A stretch of 25,208 nt of DNA, taken from the IMG/VR virus record IMGVR_UViG_3300044676_008138, positions 1 to 25,208 of that record. The stretch is one strand, 5' to 3'. Shown here in pieces: positions 16,033 through 24,494 of the stretch (position 1 is its first letter; each line of letters begins with the position of its first letter). The notes under the pieces are model-generated. The model worked only from the letters and a program-made list of their open reading frames with translations. It was not told where the DNA came from and made no database searches. The position numbers were made by a program, and so were the translations under genes. Source of the stretch: a virus. Lineage: Duplodnaviria; Caudoviricetes.

Positions 16033-16449
16033 TTAGGGAAGTTGAACGTCAATCTTGACCCAAACTTGAGTTGCCGAGGCGAACTTAGTAACTGTTCCAA
16101 TGTAAGTGCGACTTGTGCTAGTCAAATTCACGGCATAGTTATCCGTTGCATAGATTTTTTTTCCAACATCGTCGGCAGCAAACCCAGAACCGGTAAGCAA
16201 AAACTCACCTTCCTGGTAGAACTCACCATCCACATCGCCATCGGCACCGGCAGAGTTATCTGCTCCGCCCTGGGCAACGATTCCGGCTAACTTGTTTGCT
16301 CCACCGTTGATAACATTGGTCAGTTGACCATCAGTCGCATCGATGAAGCACATTGTTAAATCGTAAAGTGTGATGGCGGCACCGACCGGTCCATCACCAA
16401 GGAATCCAGCATTTCTCATCTGGGTGTATTGTGCAGCTGTAACAGCCAT
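16033..16449 (-). CDS. Capsid cement / decoration protein
   Basis: AGIV...ADNSAGADGD...G.F......DVGKKIYATDN...IG.V....VWVKI; directly upstream of the capsid gene; ATG 16449 has a GGAG SD. Confidence 0.85.
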   Translation of the reverse strand: MAVTAAQYTQMRNAGFLGDGPVGAAITLYDLTMCFIDATDGQLTNVINGGANKLAGIVAQGGADNSAGADGDVDGEFYQEGEFLLTGSGFAADDVGKKIYATDNYAVNLTSTSRTYIGTVTKFASATQVWVKIDVQLP

Positions 16450-16508
16450 TTCATTCTCCAAAGTTTATTGTTTGTTTGATCGCAACTCTTCAAGCTTCCC
16501 GGAGGATT

Positions 16509-17588
16509 CTACTCGAGGAAGTCTGCGTACCCAGCTGAAAGCGAGTCCTTGTACGTTTCGAAGTCACCGACTTCCAAACCCATTGAAACTGCAAGATCGT
16601 ATTCTTCTTTCAGTTTCGCATCTTCCTTGCTTGCTGGAGCGGTTGTTTCTCCAGCACCATCATCCATTGAAGAGGCACCAGACGACAAAAGGTGATCATT
16701 GAATTTGATCATTGCCGCTTCGCTGGTGAGCTTGCCTTCGCGAATCTGCGAAGAAAGACTGGTAACGTCTTCCTTTGGCATCTTGCCGAGAGCACGTTCA
16801 GCAAAATCGACTGCAGCAAGGGCAAGGTCGGCTTTTGCAAGCTTCGCGTCTGCTTCCTGTTCGCGATTTTTGATCTCACTCGCATTCGCAAGTTCTTGCT
16901 CACGAGCTTCTCGAGCCGACAAAGCAGACTCGATTGCTGCCGTGACAGAATTGCTGATTGTGTCCTGAATGAAGGACTTCGTTTCGTTATCTAGAGGCAC
17001 TTGACTGCCCTCCATTTCGGGACTGTTTAGATCTTCGGAGGTATCCGTCCCGTCAGGATCGTCCGAACTTAAAAATGAATTGGTCGCATCACCCTCGAGG
17101 ACAATATCACCTCCTCTTAGGGTCTTGATGTGCCAGGCTGAAACTGTGCCACCATCCGACTGACGGTCAATCTCACCGGGACGTAATGAGAAACCAAGTG
17201 CTCGAGGGTCTTCCTCGGCCAGGTCCATCACGTATTCGCCCCAACTGCGATCAGTCTTCGTGTTTGGTTGCGGTTTCATCGCCGTCTTGCTCAGGTGCAA
17301 ATCGACTCGAGTCTTTCCGCCATCACGTCTCGCGTTTTTGAAAACGCCAAGGTATGGGCGATCAACATCGTTACCGCTCGAGGGATGTCCGAGGTAGGAG
17401 ATGAAACCACGATCGTTTGAATTAATGAGTTTTGCAATCTGGTCAAGATCCTGATCTCGGAACTTCCCTCGACGAGTTTTAAACGTCCCGACTTCCGCCG
17501 CGACAATCCCTCGGATTACATTGTGATCACGATCAACACCAAGGTGATTAATCGGACCAGCATCTAGTTGATATTCACAAACAGGCAT
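16509..17588 (-). CDS. Prohead protease with C-terminal scaffold domain
   Basis: GHP and LGFS putative catalytic His/Ser, DIV..G.AT motif, followed by a helical A/E-rich tail. Confidence 0.8.
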   Translation of the reverse strand: MPVCEYQLDAGPINHLGVDRDHNVIRGIVAAEVGTFKTRRGKFRDQDLDQIAKLINSNDRGFISYLGHPSSGNDVDRPYLGVFKNARRDGGKTRVDLHLSKTAMKPQPNTKTDRSWGEYVMDLAEEDPRALGFSLRPGEIDRQSDGGTVSAWHIKTLRGGDIVLEGDATNSFLSSDDPDGTDTSEDLNSPEMEGSQVPLDNETKSFIQDTISNSVTAAIESALSAREAREQELANASEIKNREQEADAKLAKADLALAAVDFAERALGKMPKEDVTSLSSQIREGKLTSEAAMIKFNDHLLSSGASSMDDGAGETTAPASKEDAKLKEEYDLAVSMGLEVGDFETYKDSLSAGYADFLE

Positions 17589-19474
17589 TATTCGTCACCT
17601 CCAGCCATTTCTTTTTCCTCTTCACGATCCTTGGCATCGGTGTCAGTCGATTCAGAATCTTCAGAGTTGTTTTGGTTGTCTTCTGGCATCGGCAGTCCTG
17701 CTGCCGCTCGAAGTTTGCGGTCAAGTGCTTCAACTTCGATCTGAGTTCGAAGTCTTGCTTTCTTTTCTTCCGCGCGAATCCTCTCCTCCTCGAAGAAGTC
17801 TTCGCCATCTTCCTGGGCAAAACGTGATCGAGTTGATTGCTCTGACTCGATTGCGACTCTGCGAGCTTTGAACTCTTTCTCTTCGTCGATTGCACCAAAC
17901 GGCTTGCTTCGCCAAATTGCATCTTCGTACAAATCTGGCTGTTCTCGATAATCGAATAGGCTTATTGATGGGATCAAATCATGCAGTTCAATCATGTTCC
18001 AAATTGCAGCTTTCCAGAGTGGTCTGCAGAACATGTCAATCAGGATCGCCTGTCGCATCTTGAAAGCACGTTTTCCATCAAGCATTGCAAGCTTCCCAGA
18101 GGAGAATGTCGTGCGAAAGAAGTTCTTTGCAAGCAACTCATACGGGTAGTTTGCGGCACTGGCAATTGATCGCAATCCAGCCTCAATAAACGGAGCGAAC
18201 GATGCACCAGGTCGACTTGGGTCGATGACCTTGATGTCTTCGGGTCCGCGATGGATCATCCCAGGAGAGAGTTCTTCTTCAAGCCAACCAGTGCGAGAAT
18301 CGGTTTCACCGTTGGACGCTTGCCCAGCTAGTGTATGCGGGTCAGCAGTCGTGTCAGGATTTGTTTGAATGTGAATTCCAAAGCACGACTCAATATGCTT
18401 AATTATCAATTCAGCTTCGAAGTAATCATCAATATCTTTCATTCGATTCGCCGCAGCACCTAACCACGGGATCCCTCGAGATTGCTCAGGGAAAATAGGA
18501 TCGAAAACATGAATCATTCTCGGGTGACCATTCGAATCGAACCGAGGATAAAATGTGTGCTTGTATTCGACTTGCAAGTTGTCGCCGGGATGCTCCGACC
18601 TTACCCAGTAACCGGTCACTACCGTGTTTCCTGTGCTCCCTGAAATCTCCCAGGATTCTGACTCGCTGTTGTACTGATAATAATTTCCTTTTTGCACACC
18701 AAACCGACATGATGGATCAGACTGTAGACCTGGAGGTGACTCAACTCGCTCTGCTGCGATCAATTGAATTGCAAGGTTGATTGGACCTCGAATGTTTGCT
18801 GCCGACCCTACAAGCACGAACGCTTCGCCCATGTTCGCGAATTCTCTACAGACTTGTCGTTGAATTGCGTAGAACGAATGCTCTCGAGATGGATCAACTC
18901 CAGACTCTGACCACAACCGAAAGTATCGCTCAATAAACCTGCGGGAAGCTGCAGCAACCTCAGACGAAAGCTTACCCTCAAACTCAGTCACCTGGGACTG
19001 TGGAACAATCCCCTCGCCAACCTCGTGAGAAACTCGACCTTCGATCGCAGAGTGAGCAATCGTGTTTGTGCGGTACAATTCCCGCATGCGGATCTGAGTT
19101 GACTCAAGATCTTCGTCTGCACCAGCGTCAGGTGAAAGAAGGGCATCGCCCCAGCGATCTTCACGATGTGGATCATTTGAAGCGATCGGATTGAAACGTC
19201 CTGCAAGAACGTCCTGATACATCTCGTTTCTGACCGCAAGCTCGGTGTATTTATGCCGAGCTTCTATTCGGCTGTTAGCCCAAGTTGGGGCGATGAACCC
19301 AGTAATGTTTTCGTCAAACCAATTCCCTACTCTGTGGGAGAATGGTTGCTTGTGTGAATTTCGTTTTTGTTTTCGTTTTTTGAAGAATGAACTCGTAAGC
19401 GCACGCAACCTGGAGACCTTACGTTGCCGTGTAGGTTTCTTTGGGGTTTGCATGTTTGGGCTTAGTTTCGACAT
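17588..19474 (-). CDS. Portal protein, lambda family
   Basis: R.RELYRTN..AHSAI...VG.GI, GEAF, PEQSRGIPW, PYELL..NF....FSSGKLA motifs. Confidence 0.95.
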   Translation of the reverse strand: MSKLSPNMQTPKKPTRQRKVSRLRALTSSFFKKRKQKRNSHKQPFSHRVGNWFDENITGFIAPTWANSRIEARHKYTELAVRNEMYQDVLAGRFNPIASNDPHREDRWGDALLSPDAGADEDLESTQIRMRELYRTNTIAHSAIEGRVSHEVGEGIVPQSQVTEFEGKLSSEVAAASRRFIERYFRLWSESGVDPSREHSFYAIQRQVCREFANMGEAFVLVGSAANIRGPINLAIQLIAAERVESPPGLQSDPSCRFGVQKGNYYQYNSESESWEISGSTGNTVVTGYWVRSEHPGDNLQVEYKHTFYPRFDSNGHPRMIHVFDPIFPEQSRGIPWLGAAANRMKDIDDYFEAELIIKHIESCFGIHIQTNPDTTADPHTLAGQASNGETDSRTGWLEEELSPGMIHRGPEDIKVIDPSRPGASFAPFIEAGLRSIASAANYPYELLAKNFFRTTFSSGKLAMLDGKRAFKMRQAILIDMFCRPLWKAAIWNMIELHDLIPSISLFDYREQPDLYEDAIWRSKPFGAIDEEKEFKARRVAIESEQSTRSRFAQEDGEDFFEEERIRAEEKKARLRTQIEVEALDRKLRAAAGLPMPEDNQNNSEDSESTDTDAKDREEEKEMAGGDE

Positions 19475-19475
19475 G

Positions 19476-19703
19476 TTACCTTTTAATTCGGGCGCGAGTT
19501 CTGGCGGATCCGGTAGATGATTTTGACGTGTAGCGAGAGATCAACTTTTCAACCATATCGAGAGTCGCTTGGGTAGCTGGATATCGAACTTCTTTTGCTC
19601 CAATCATCACCTGGGTCACATTTTTGCCAGCAAGAATGTCGGCAATAACCTTGTCTCGGGTCAGTTTGAGTTGTTCAAGAACTTCTGCATCAGTGTTAGC
19701 CAT
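19476..19703 (-). CDS. Head-completion protein (gpW-like)
   Basis: 75 aa, helix-IGAKEVRY-helix pattern, directly before the portal gene. Confidence 0.75.
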   Translation of the reverse strand: MANTDAEVLEQLKLTRDKVIADILAGKNVTQVMIGAKEVRYPATQATLDMVEKLISRYTSKSSTGSARTRARIKR

Positions 19704-19796
19704 GATCGAACCATAACCGATAGAATCCTAAAGCCGGGCTAAACGATTTACATGATGTAAATAGGTTGTGAAATGTTACGGAATGTTACATTGCAC

Positions 19797-19997
19797 TCAT
19801 TTCCTTTTCCTGCTTGGTACTCGAGGGGCATCGCCGATCGGAACGACACGCTTCCCGCTCCATCCGCATTTTTTTGAACAGCCAAGGTACTGGGTTCGAT
19901 ATTTCGAAGTCGTTGGCGAACTCGTAACACAGACAGTTCCTAGCAAACAGTCTGGACAGTCATGCCCTGGCTCAGGTTTTTCGTTTTTGGTTTTCAT
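19797..19997 (-). CDS. Ogr/Delta-like zinc-ribbon protein
   Basis: CPDC...V.SS...RTQYLGC..KCG; start placed at ATG 19997 by ATGA overlap with TerL. Confidence 0.7.
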   Translation of the reverse strand: MKTKNEKPEPGHDCPDCLLGTVCVTSSPTTSKYRTQYLGCSKKCGWSGKRVVPIGDAPRVPSRKRK

Positions 19998-22051
19998 CTT
20001 TTGAACCTGCTTTTTGGGATCCATCCAACTCGTTTTGATCGAATAGACCCTTTTCGGACTGGCTGTTTTTGGGTCTTCCTTTTTTGTTTCTCTGGAACGG
20101 CAGTAACCCCTCCAGCCGGAATAACATTCAATATCCTGTTTGGCCCAAGCGTTCTCCAGTTACCGTTCTGGTGGACTTCCGCCGCACACCTGGCATACCT
20201 AACAGCATCGCGAAAGTCCCAAGAGATGTGCTCGTTTACCACGACCCATACCGTTGTGTCATCGTGACCAGTGGAGTCCATTTTCTTATCGGGCTGTTCG
20301 TTCAGCAGTTGTTCAAGGAAGTCCTGGTCATCGGCAGCTTCTGCGGGAAGTGCCAGACTGTAAGGTTCCCCAGGCTTGCGTTTGACCAAGCAGTTCTGAA
20401 TCCACTGCTGCCAATAGTTAGCGTTCACAGATATCCAATAAAACCCAAGTGACTTTCGTTTTGCACGACTGTTTTTCAGTCCGTCCGAACCATCAACCTC
20501 ATTGCGAGTAAATGACTTCCCACGCATGATTGATGTTCGAGTTCCCATCGAAGGCCAGACCCAGCGACTTCTCGTTGGCTTGTTCATCTTTCGGCAGAGT
20601 TCGATCACTTCGTCTTGCCGGTTACCGTCTCGCGCATCCATCAACGTCAAACGAGGGAACATCTCAACTTCGCCACCATCGACCTCCATGATCCCTGGAG
20701 TTTCAATTTCGTTCACCAAATCAGATTCGTTGTGGCAGATGCCATACCCATAAACGAACCCAGACTGACGGTAATCCCAAGCGGTCTTCACGTAGACATA
20801 GTGATCAATTTGGACATCAACTCCCATCGTCGCAAAACAGCAACCCTTCGGAATCATCCCCATCTTGTAGTCGAGCGCGGCGAGCTTCGGACCAAGGACT
20901 TCCCATGTGGTCACAAGTCGGCGTGGAGTCCAGGTTAAACCCAACCACGAGTTGTAGAAGTTTCGCATGAGTTCGTCGTTGCCAGCATCCTGCTTCAGCT
21001 TGCAAGTGACAAACTGCCTTGCGATGTCTCCGAACGAAAACGTCGGAGCATAGATCCTGGACAACTGAAAACTTGCCACTTCACTGTCTCGAGTCTTCTG
21101 ACCTCGGAGCCTACCGGTCTTTGTGAGAAACTGACCTTCTGGGCACCACTTACCTCTACGGATCATGCCACGACGTTGATGCTCTTGGATTTCACGACCG
21201 CACTTTTCACATTGATAGCGAGCAGTGTTGTAAGCGATATTTGGATCGAGCGAACCGTCCTTAGCTTTGTCGAAAATGATTCCACCGACAGTACCATCAC
21301 CAAGAACCAGTTCCTGGAAGTGACCACAATTTTTGTGTGGGCATGGAACATGGTATCGGCAGTTTGTTCCAATCGTCAGGTAGTTGTTGATCCGACTTCG
21401 GCCTTCGATTCCTGGAGTTGACTCAAGAATTGATTTCCTATCTGGAATCTCAATCCCACGCTCCATGAATAGCTCAAGCGGATCAGCCTCAGTCGATTTG
21501 CTCGCATCCCATTTATCGATCTCACCTGCATGCTTATAGCGAGGATCCTTGTCAGCAAGGGTTGAATAGCTTCCCGACCAAGCGGTGTACATGGTCATCT
21601 GTGTCAGGTCCATCCTGGACTGAAGTCTTTTTGACTTCGGCGGAACCCACTTCCGAGTTCGTTTGCACTTTTCAAACATCGGGTAGTATTTGTTCTTGAT
21701 CGTTTCTTTTACCAATTGCTCAGTGGACGACCCGAACATTGAAGTCGCAGGAGACTTTGAATTCATTGCGATCATGAGCGACTGAGCTAAGACTGTCTTT
21801 CCAATCCTTGCAGCAAACTGCAAGACAATTGTTCGGATGTTTGGGTCATCCGCCGCATCGCAAATCCCCTCAGTCCACGGGTAGTCGTTTGAACTAAACG
21901 GTTCATTCTTATGACTTCGAATATCCTGCGAAACGATGTCCCAGGCTCGATCTTCTCGAGGCGGACGGATTGAGAGGATTGTGTCCCTTCGCAGGCGGAA
22001 CTTAAACTCGCTATCCGTTTTCTCGTCATCAACCTGTTCAGCAGTAATCAT
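19994..22051 (-). CDS. terL: Terminase large subunit, lambda GpA family
   Basis: Walker A ARIGKT, EIDKW, STP, CPH..C...CEKC Zn site, N.WLG..W, GVDVQ nuclease motif, D..D...Y. Confidence 0.97.
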   Translation of the reverse strand: MITAEQVDDEKTDSEFKFRLRRDTILSIRPPREDRAWDIVSQDIRSHKNEPFSSNDYPWTEGICDAADDPNIRTIVLQFAARIGKTVLAQSLMIAMNSKSPATSMFGSSTEQLVKETIKNKYYPMFEKCKRTRKWVPPKSKRLQSRMDLTQMTMYTAWSGSYSTLADKDPRYKHAGEIDKWDASKSTEADPLELFMERGIEIPDRKSILESTPGIEGRSRINNYLTIGTNCRYHVPCPHKNCGHFQELVLGDGTVGGIIFDKAKDGSLDPNIAYNTARYQCEKCGREIQEHQRRGMIRRGKWCPEGQFLTKTGRLRGQKTRDSEVASFQLSRIYAPTFSFGDIARQFVTCKLKQDAGNDELMRNFYNSWLGLTWTPRRLVTTWEVLGPKLAALDYKMGMIPKGCCFATMGVDVQIDHYVYVKTAWDYRQSGFVYGYGICHNESDLVNEIETPGIMEVDGGEVEMFPRLTLMDARDGNRQDEVIELCRKMNKPTRSRWVWPSMGTRTSIMRGKSFTRNEVDGSDGLKNSRAKRKSLGFYWISVNANYWQQWIQNCLVKRKPGEPYSLALPAEAADDQDFLEQLLNEQPDKKMDSTGHDDTTVWVVVNEHISWDFRDAVRYARCAAEVHQNGNWRTLGPNRILNVIPAGGVTAVPEKQKRKTQKQPVRKGSIRSKRVGWIPKSRFKR

Positions 22052-22698
22052 TCCTGAATCTCCAAATCGTCTAAGCTTTCGACCCAGTCTCCCAATTGGT
22101 TAAGAAGCAGGTCTTTTCGATTGCCAAGATCCACCCGAAGATCTTCCTCGAGGTCACGACCATAACCAGCACTAAACTCAACGACCATGCGGTCCAAGAG
22201 GTTTCGAGCTTCGGTGAGGAACTCGGTAATAAATCGGTTGACATCAACGGAACGGAGCAGACCTCCTTCCTCGATGCGATCCTTTCGCGCGAGGATGTTA
22301 GCCTGAAGTCCCAGTTTTCTCGCCTTCTCAATCTGCTCAATTGCTGCCGCGCGGACTGCTTCTTCGGTGAGTTCATGTTCCGTCTTGTCCTCGTTTGACC
22401 GGCGACCCTTACCATTGATCGTCGCCCACGTTCGGATTTGATCGACATTGTATTCGCCCTTCTTCCCAGGCATCCCGGCTGTTCGCCATTTGTGCAGCGT
22501 TGAGGTTTTGACACCGAAGATTTCAGCCAACTGCTGATAGTTCTCAACGATATGAGCTTTTTTTTCTGGTGCAGGTTTGGGCTCTGCAGGTGCGGATTTT
22601 CCACGCGAGGCTCTAGGCTTTTTAGCCTGAGAGGGTGCAGCTGGCTTTTGGCTTGTTGCCTTTTTCTTTCCCACACAGATAGTCTCGAAACAGGTCAA
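22048..22698 (-). CDS. terS: Terminase small subunit, Nu1-like (start may be GTG 22674)
   Basis: LAEIFGVKTSTLHKWR.AGMP....YN...I..W HTH followed by coiled coil; ATGA overlap with TerL. Confidence 0.9.
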   Translation of the reverse strand: MTCFETICVGKKKATSQKPAAPSQAKKPRASRGKSAPAEPKPAPEKKAHIVENYQQLAEIFGVKTSTLHKWRTAGMPGKKGEYNVDQIRTWATINGKGRRSNEDKTEHELTEEAVRAAAIEQIEKARKLGLQANILARKDRIEEGGLLRSVDVNRFITEFLTEARNLLDRMVVEFSAGYGRDLEEDLRVDLGNRKDLLLNQLGDWVESLDDLEIQE

Positions 22699-22847
22699 GA
22701 CTGCGGGATGTTAAAGAAGCGATCGACCCGAATCATACACGTTTCAACGGGTTTTGCGAATCCATTATGGGTGCCGGCAGATACCAGTCACACCACCTCC
22801 GGTGCCACAACCACCCCAAAAAAAAAATTCAAAGTGTACACATTCTC

Positions 22848-22895
22848 TGCGGGGCTTCCCCGCGCACGGGAAACCCTAGGTCGCCAGGAGTACCT
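22848..22895 (-). other. Candidate cos site (cosQ/cosN-like)
   Basis: Minus strand AGGTACT...GGCGACCT...TGCG-CGGGGAAGCCC-CGCA, about 150-200 bp upstream of terS, GC island in an intergenic gap. Confidence 0.5.
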
Positions 22896-23080
22896 ACTTT
22901 ATTTGGGGGGTAAGGTCATATTAGGGCAGAATCCGCCCCTTAGAGACCATCGAAAGAATGCATCGAATCGCTATAAAATCAAGCCATTTTTGCCATTTTG
23001 GGCAATGGTTGAAATGTTCGCACTAATCGTTTTTACACGGTTTTTGCCGTGTCGATCGCTATTTTCTGCCGTACTAGATG

Positions 23081-23130
23081 CGACAAATTGTCGTTATGCT
23101 TTGCGTATGCGATGTGAACCGATTCACATC
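23081..23130. promoter_or_regulatory. Two dyads upstream of the GP88-like gene
   Basis: CGACAA-A-TTGTCG (23081-23093) and GATGTGAA-CCGA-TTCACATC (23111-23130). Confidence 0.45.
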
Positions 23131-23160
23131 AGACGTTTTACCCTAATTGAAAGTAACGAA

Positions 23161-23949
23161 ATGACTGATTCGCTTAAATTCTCAAGCGCAAACGCCAAAA
23201 TTGAAACATTGGGTCAAATTGCTGAGCTGCAGCCATTTTTGGACGATCGGCGCAGAATTTATTCTCTCGACTTACTTTCTGGTCATTCTTGCCCATTCGC
23301 TTCGCAATGCTTAAGCAAAGCAATTGTCGACGGCGCAAAACGTCATATCAAAGATGGAAAGGATATGCTTTTCCGATGTTTTAGCGCCTCGCAAGAAGTC
23401 CAATACCCAGCGCTATATGATTTGAGGAAACACAATTTCGACATGTTAAAAGCCTGTGATTGTGTTGCTGATATCGTCGATCTAATTGAATCGTCGATGC
23501 CTGAAAATCTTGGAATCTGTCGTTTGCATGTTGGGGGCGAATTCTTCAGTCAACGATATTTTGACGCCTGGGAAATCGTAGCCGAAAACAATCCATCAAA
23601 ACTGTTTTATGCTTACACGAAATCGCTACCGTATCTTGTCAAGAATTTCTGGCATATCGACAATTTTATTTTGACGGCATCGCGAGGCGGAAGACGCGAC
23701 GATCTAATTCAAGAATATGGATTACGAGAAAGCGTGGTTGTGTATTCGGAACAAGAAGCGGAAATGCTGGGTCTTGAAATCGACCATGATGATTCACACG
23801 CCGCGCGTCCGTCATTGCGGGATCAATCGTTCGCGTTGTTGGTCCATGGTACGCAAGCAAAAGGTAGCGAAGCAAACGAAGCTTTAAAGCTATTGCGAAA
23901 AAACAAGATTCAACATAGCTACTCGCGACAATCTAAAATTATCAAATAA
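23161..23949 (+). CDS. GP88-family protein (Cys-motif, radical-SAM-like)
   Basis: LKFS.ANAK, L.SGHSCPFA..C...C, RLHVGGEF, FYAYTKS, NF.LTAS motifs; start placed at ATG 23161. Confidence 0.8.
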   Translation: MTDSLKFSSANAKIETLGQIAELQPFLDDRRRIYSLDLLSGHSCPFASQCLSKAIVDGAKRHIKDGKDMLFRCFSASQEVQYPALYDLRKHNFDMLKACDCVADIVDLIESSMPENLGICRLHVGGEFFSQRYFDAWEIVAENNPSKLFYAYTKSLPYLVKNFWHIDNFILTASRGGRRDDLIQEYGLRESVVVYSEQEAEMLGLEIDHDDSHAARPSLRDQSFALLVHGTQAKGSEANEALKLLRKNKIQHSYSRQSKIIK

Positions 23950-23980
23950 CTTCCCGATTCCATTTTTGAAAGTTAATACC

Positions 23981-24226
23981 ATGTTTGCACTTTACGACGA
24001 TTTTAACGATCGCATCATTAGCCGCCATCGTTCAATTGTTGCTGTCGTTCGCGCTTATCTGCAATTGTCGCGACATATGACAAAACACAATCCAGGTTCA
24101 TTTTTGCCGATGAAAATTGTAAAAATTGAATCCGGTGAAATAGCGAATTGCACGATGAACGAAAACAATGAATTCATCGCGTTGTTAGATGAATTTCGCG
24201 ATTCTCCATTGTCGAAAATGACGTAG
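23981..24226 (+). CDS. Small hypothetical protein
   Basis: 81 aa from ATG 23981; shares the TTGAAAGT leader motif with the GP88 gene. Confidence 0.7.
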   Translation: MFALYDDFNDRIISRHRSIVAVVRAYLQLSRHMTKHNPGSFLPMKIVKIESGEIANCTMNENNEFIALLDEFRDSPLSKMT

Positions 24227-24311
24227 TTACAATTCAAGTTTTATATTTTGTTGCGCAAGTAGTTTGATCGGGTAATTCGAAAATCCGGTCAGACTTGCGC
24301 AACAGGTCGCG

Positions 24312-24347
24312 ACCCTGTTAAGCGTAGAAACTTAGCAGGGTATTTTT
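24312..24347 (+). terminator. Intrinsic terminator of the GP88 cassette
   Basis: ACCCTGTTAAG / CTTAGCAGGGT stem (one G-U) followed by ATTTTT. Confidence 0.65.
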
Positions 24348-24382
24348 ATGCGCCATTCTTACATTGCGTCAAAACGCAATTA

Positions 24383-24494
24383 TCGAGAGATCCTGGCTCG
24401 AGAGTTCCTGGCTCGAGAGTTCCTGGCTCGAGTTCCTGGCTCGAGATCCTGGCTCGAGAGTTCCTGGCTCGAGAGTTCCTGGCTCGAGAGTTCC
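24383..24494. repeat. Tandem array of 7 x TCCTGGCTCGAG core (15- and 13-bp periods)
   Basis: Cores at 24391, 24406, 24421, 24434, 24447, 24462, 24477, with partial units on both flanks. Confidence 0.97.

Noticed and set aside
22071-22676. 201-aa alternate-frame ORF within terS
   Set aside because: Low-complexity R/S-rich translation with no motif; the terS frame has a clear HTH and ATGA coupling to terL
22552-23160. N-terminal 203 aa of the 465-aa plus-strand ORF
   Set aside because: Overlaps terS antisense and the cos-like/regulatory gap; family-like motifs begin only at ATG 23161
24383-24494. CRISPR array
   Set aside because: Units are contiguous, 13-15 bp, with no unique spacers and no cas genes
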